Source: an uncultured Sphingobacteriales bacterium
GTDB lineage: Bacteria; Bacteroidota; Bacteroidia; CAILMK01; CAYYUA01
Assembly: GCA_964542585.1 (NCBI GenBank)
Contig: CAZIUI010000015.1
Coordinates: forward strand, 1,164 to 65,163
Reading direction: 5' to 3'
DNA length: 64,000 bases
Position 1 is the first letter of the stretch; every line of letters begins with the position of its first letter. Made by a program: the position numbers and the translations under genes. The notes under the pieces were generated by a model. The model was not told the origin of the DNA, did no database searches, and saw only the letters and a list, made by a program, of their open reading frames with translations. This document shows, piece after piece, positions 60,187 through 64,000 of the stretch.

Positions 60187-61554
60187 ATGAATTACTACAA
60201 TGATGTCCTTGAACTGATTGGCGATACCCCATTGGTCAAGCTGAACAAACTTGCTGATGACACGCCAGCCACAGTTCTGGCAAAAATAGAGTCTGCCAAT
60301 CCGGGTAACTCGGTTAAGGATCGTATAGCTGTAAGGATGATCGAAGATGCGGAAGAGAAAGCCCTGATTAAACCAGGGGGAACCATAATTGAAGGCACCT
60401 CAGGCAATACAGGCTTAGGATTGGCCATTGCTTCTATTGTTAAAGGCTATAAATGCATTTGCACCGTAGCAGACAAACAGTCCAAGGAAAAAATTGATAT
60501 CCTTAAAGCGGTCGGGGTTGAGGTTATCGTGTGTCCAACTGCTGTTGCACCTGAGGATCCGAAATCCTATTATTCAGTGGCCAAGAAGCTGAATGATGTT
60601 ATACCCAACTCATTTTACCCCAACCAATATTACAACCTTTCCAATACGGAAGCTCATTACGAGTCCACCGGTCCGGAAATATGGAAACAAACGGAAGGTA
60701 AGATTACCCATTTTATTGCCGGAGTTGGCACCGGTGGAACGATATCAGGCGTGGGACGATACCTGAAAGATCAAAACCCGGATGTCAAGGTATGGGGAGT
60801 TGATCCTATGGGGTCAGCGTTTAAGGCCTATCACGAGTCAGGGGAATTCAAAGAAGAGGAAGTTTATCCCTATCTAACCGAAGGCATTGGCGAGGATATT
60901 ATTCCGGCTAATGTAGACTTCTCCATTATTGATCATTTTGAAAAAGTTACCGATAAAGATGGCTACCTGATGACCCGCAAGGTTGCAAAAGAAGAGGGTA
61001 TTCTAGCTGGCAATTCCTGCGGCTCTGCGTTAGCTGGCTTTGATCAGTTGAAACCTTATTTAACAGAAAATGACGTTGTAGTTGTACTCTTACCCGACCA
61101 CGCTACCCGTTACTTGGGCAAAGCTTTTAATGATGAATGGATGCGGGAGCGAGGGTTTCTTGAATCAAGTGCTTTAGCGGCAAAAGATATTGTTGGTTCC
61201 AAATCAGACGGTGACCTGGTTATCTTGGCTAAAGACAATCCTGTCTCTGAAGCGATCCGTGTCATGAAGGATAATGACATTGCACAACTTCCCATAACTG
61301 ATGAAAACGGGGTGATAGTCGGGTCCATTACCGAAAATGTGATTTACACTAAGCTTTTGGATAATCCGGATATCAAACATTTATCCGTTGAAAATATCAT
61401 GGCTGAACCTTTTCCTCAACTGGACAGTTCAGCAACCTATAATCAAGTTTCTTCATTATTGAATAAAGAAAACAATGCTGTTCTGATCCGGTATGAGGAT
61501 GGCAAATGCAGCATCATTACCAAGTATGACATGCTACAAGCCCTGGCTTCCTAA
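60187..61554 (+). CDS. PLP-dependent cysteine-synthase-fold enzyme with tandem C-terminal CBS domains (cystathionine beta-synthase-like)
   Basis: PLP-lysine motif NPGNSVKDRIA. GTSGNTGLGLA. Gly-rich loop GVGTGGTISG. Two CBS (Bateman) repeats in the last ~120 aa. Confidence 0.8.
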   Translation: MNYYNDVLELIGDTPLVKLNKLADDTPATVLAKIESANPGNSVKDRIAVRMIEDAEEKALIKPGGTIIEGTSGNTGLGLAIASIVKGYKCICTVADKQSKEKIDILKAVGVEVIVCPTAVAPEDPKSYYSVAKKLNDVIPNSFYPNQYYNLSNTEAHYESTGPEIWKQTEGKITHFIAGVGTGGTISGVGRYLKDQNPDVKVWGVDPMGSAFKAYHESGEFKEEEVYPYLTEGIGEDIIPANVDFSIIDHFEKVTDKDGYLMTRKVAKEEGILAGNSCGSALAGFDQLKPYLTENDVVVVLLPDHATRYLGKAFNDEWMRERGFLESSALAAKDIVGSKSDGDLVILAKDNPVSEAIRVMKDNDIAQLPITDENGVIVGSITENVIYTKLLDNPDIKHLSVENIMAEPFPQLDSSATYNQVSSLLNKENNAVLIRYEDGKCSIITKYDMLQALAS

Positions 61555-61584
61555 AGCAAGGCTTACCTAAAATCAAAAACGGCA

Positions 61585-62394
61585 ATGCCTACTTTTACTG
61601 ACCAAATGGGCTTTGAGGTTCAGTTAAGCGGTACACCACAGCGGATTGTATCTCTTGTACCTTCGTTAACCGAGCTATTGGCAGATCTTGGACTTTCTGA
61701 CCAAGTTGTTGGTCTTACGCATTTCTGTGTTTACCCTGAGGAACTCTATCAAAGTAAAGAACGCATTGGCGGCACTAAAAAAGCCAGAATAGAACAGATA
61801 AAAGCATTGGAGCCTGATCTTGTTATTGCCAATAAGGAGGAGAACGAAAAGGAACAAGTAGAAGCCTTAAAATCTTTCTGCTCAGTTTGGGTTAGCAAGG
61901 TTTATGATCTACCCAGTGCTGTGGCCATGATAAAAATGCTGAGTGAAGTAGTTGGGAAACCAAAGGAAGGCACAGCAATGGCTGACCGGATTCAAAGCGG
62001 CATGACCAATCTGCCAAAGGCCCCCCATCTTAAAACCCTTTACATGATATGGCGGAAGCCTTACATGGCTGCAGGTGGTGATACTTTTATCCATGAAATG
62101 CTTCAGCAGATCGGTTTAAAAAATGTCCTAAAGAATGTGAACCGCTACCCGGAAATCACAACTGACGATATTAAAGCTTATAACCCTGATTTGGTTTTAT
62201 TGTCTTCCGAACCTTATCCTTTTAAGGAAAAGCATTTAGATGAGCTTCAATCTTTATTGCCCAATTCTGAACTAAGGTTGGTGGATGGATCGCTGTTTTC
62301 GTGGTATGGAAGCCGTATGGAAAAGGCTATGAGCAGTTTACGATCGCTTAGTCGGGAACTAGCTATTACTCGGCAAACGGCAACCCGACCGTAA
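61585..62394 (+). CDS. ABC-transporter periplasmic substrate-binding protein, BtuF/siderophore-type (helical-backbone) family
   Basis: RIVSLVPSLTELLADLGL...VVGLT...PDLVIAN is the typical N-lobe pattern of cobalamin/Fe-siderophore binding proteins. 269 aa. No partner permease or ATPase nearby. Confidence 0.55.
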   Translation: MPTFTDQMGFEVQLSGTPQRIVSLVPSLTELLADLGLSDQVVGLTHFCVYPEELYQSKERIGGTKKARIEQIKALEPDLVIANKEENEKEQVEALKSFCSVWVSKVYDLPSAVAMIKMLSEVVGKPKEGTAMADRIQSGMTNLPKAPHLKTLYMIWRKPYMAAGGDTFIHEMLQQIGLKNVLKNVNRYPEITTDDIKAYNPDLVLLSSEPYPFKEKHLDELQSLLPNSELRLVDGSLFSWYGSRMEKAMSSLRSLSRELAITRQTATRP

Positions 62395-62407
62395 GTCGGG
62401 TAAGTCG

Positions 62408-63829
62408 TTAAGGGAAAACCCCCAGCGTTTCGTAGCTCGCTGAAATTTTATCAATACCACTGATAAAAGCTGCCATTCGGAGATTGGGAACATCAGGCTT
62501 CCGATCCATGATATCCCTGATTTCTCGGTAAGCGTAGACCATGGTTTCTTCCAGGCCGGATCTTACAAGGTCTATTTCTTCTCCACCATGAACCAAGGTT
62601 GAGCGCATTTGATCCGGTACAGATATCCCGGATGCGTATTCAATGGCCTCTACTATTCGCTTGTTATTACCTTCCTCCATCCGTTTACCCATCCGCCCAA
62701 AGCGAACGTGTGAAAGGTTTTTCAGCCATTCAAAATAAGATACCGTAACCCCGCCGGCATTCAAATAAATGTCGGGTATCAACATGATCCCACGCTGGGT
62801 AAGGACCTCCTCTGCCTCCTTAGTGACCGGTCCATTGGCTGCTTCCCCAATAATGCTTGCCTGTACCCGGTGTGCATTCTCACTTGTTATCTGGTTTTCA
62901 AGCGCGGCTGGTATCAAAATATCGCAGGGCAGCTCTAGTGCTCTCACACTTTTTTCTATGGCATCAGCGTCAGAGTAACCCATAATAGAGCCTGTTTCTT
63001 TACGGAAACCCAGGACACTGTCGAGGTTTAATCCTTTCTCATTGGTAATTGCTCCTTCCTGTTCTGCTACAGCTGTGATGATTGCTCCGTTATCTTCCAG
63101 GTATTTCGCAGCATGATAACCAACATTACCCAATCCCTGAACAATCACACGCTTCCCTTCTACACCGGGGCTCAGGTTCAATTTTGTCATGTCCTTTTTA
63201 TAGCTAACCGCCTCTCTTATGCCATAAAAAACTCCTAAACCGGTAGCTTCTACACGGCCCCGAATACCCCCTTGGCCAACCGGCTTGCCTGTTACACTAG
63301 CCAAAACATTGGGATCATTGGGATTGAACGCCATAAAAGTATCGGCAATGGTAGCCATTTGCTTTGCGCCCGAACCATAGTCAGGAGCAGGGACGTCAAC
63401 GCCAGGACCTATCATGTCCTTCTTAATGCTTTCAGTCGTAAAACGCCGGGTAATGGACTCAATTTGTTCATCCGTATATTGCGAAGGACTTATTTGAATC
63501 CCCCCTTTTGCCCCTCCGAAAGGTACATCTACAATAGCACATTTGAAAGACATCAAAGTAGCCAGAGCTTTCACTTCATCCTCATCCACATTACGGGAAT
63601 ACCGAATACCACCTTTTGTAGGTAGCTTATGCTGGCTATGTTGTACCCGGATACCCTCTATAACTTTTATATGGCCATTTAAGCGAACAGGGAATTGAAC
63701 TTTGTAAATGTTGTTGCATTGCTTGATTTGTTCTAGCAGCCCTACGTCATGGTTCGTATAAGAGATTGCTGAATCATAATAGCTTTGAACATCATTTAAA
63801 AGCTTACTACCTCCTGAGTTAGTTTGCAT
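62408..63829 (-). CDS. Glu/Leu/Phe/Val-family amino-acid dehydrogenase (glutamate dehydrogenase-like)
   Basis: Catalytic-Lys Gly-rich motif VPFGGAKGGI. NAD(P)-binding VIVQGLGNVGYHAA. Confidence 0.85.
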   Translation of the reverse strand: MQTNSGGSKLLNDVQSYYDSAISYTNHDVGLLEQIKQCNNIYKVQFPVRLNGHIKVIEGIRVQHSQHKLPTKGGIRYSRNVDEDEVKALATLMSFKCAIVDVPFGGAKGGIQISPSQYTDEQIESITRRFTTESIKKDMIGPGVDVPAPDYGSGAKQMATIADTFMAFNPNDPNVLASVTGKPVGQGGIRGRVEATGLGVFYGIREAVSYKKDMTKLNLSPGVEGKRVIVQGLGNVGYHAAKYLEDNGAIITAVAEQEGAITNEKGLNLDSVLGFRKETGSIMGYSDADAIEKSVRALELPCDILIPAALENQITSENAHRVQASIIGEAANGPVTKEAEEVLTQRGIMLIPDIYLNAGGVTVSYFEWLKNLSHVRFGRMGKRMEEGNNKRIVEAIEYASGISVPDQMRSTLVHGGEEIDLVRSGLEETMVYAYREIRDIMDRKPDVPNLRMAAFISGIDKISASYETLGVFP

Positions 63830-64000
63830 CTATCGAGGGCATTTTAGCGTGGTTTAAAGAGAGTATCACCTTTGGCTTTAGGCTTCCATGCAAATTTAGC
63901 AGGAAAGATAGGGGTTCAAAATTTTTTAACATCAATCCCATACCTTTTTAAGGTAAGCAGGAGAGGCCCAATTACCTGAAAAGCAGGGTTTTATTTGTTA

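Noticed and set aside
1-64000. CRISPR arrays, cas genes, reverse transcriptases/DGRs, integrases, toxin-antitoxin pairs
   Set aside because: No regularly spaced direct repeats were seen by eye, and no ORF has nuclease, RT or integrase motifs. The absence of defence or mobile systems is itself noted. The by-eye repeat search is not exhaustive.

Overview
The window is a gene-dense chromosomal segment from a Bacteroidota genome (Cytophagia/Sphingobacteriia-like, GC roughly mid-40s, TAnnTTTG-type promoters, heavy use of the type IX secretion system, T9SS). The first ~33 kb looks accessory. It holds six large secreted multidomain proteins with T9SS C-terminal sorting domains (CTDs): five type-A Por_Secre_tail and one type-B gliding-motility CTD. 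These carry PKD, LamG, FN3-like and FG-GAP modules. The same stretch contains a LamG protein, a PKD lipoprotein, an ECF sigma/anti-sigma pair, a secreted S8 peptidase, a rhomboid protease, a DUF1573 protein, a secreted WD40 propeller, and a small sulfotransferase/GT2/HExxH-membrane-protein cluster. A PorQ-like T9SS component sits at 39 kb. The rest is housekeeping: ribD, murF, acyl-CoA dehydrogenase, topo IV subunit B (parE-like), an ABC-F ATPase, recR, rpoD, pheS, 3-hydroxyacyl-CoA dehydrogenase, a GltB-like FMN protein, a CBS-like PLP enzyme and a Glu/Leu/Phe/Val dehydrogenase. I found no rRNA or tRNA, no CRISPR array and no intact mobile element. I see no clear novel defence system. The most unusual items are: (i) a 1.26 kb AT-rich ORF-free region with its own intrinsic terminator (candidate sRNA) ahead of a YtxH/holin-like/unknown trio that is convergent with a PAS-histidine-kinase/response-regulator pair; (ii) a GT2 fused to a WbaP-like polyprenyl glycosylphosphotransferase scaffold whose catalytic core appears deleted; (iii) an ECF sigma/anti-sigma module inside the T9SS cargo cluster, with a long low-complexity linker and a beta-barrel-like C-terminus on the anti-sigma; (iv) two ORF-poor stretches (1-1288 and 17309-18668) with degraded or overlapping reading frames. 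All family calls come from motif recognition by eye and none was verified by search.
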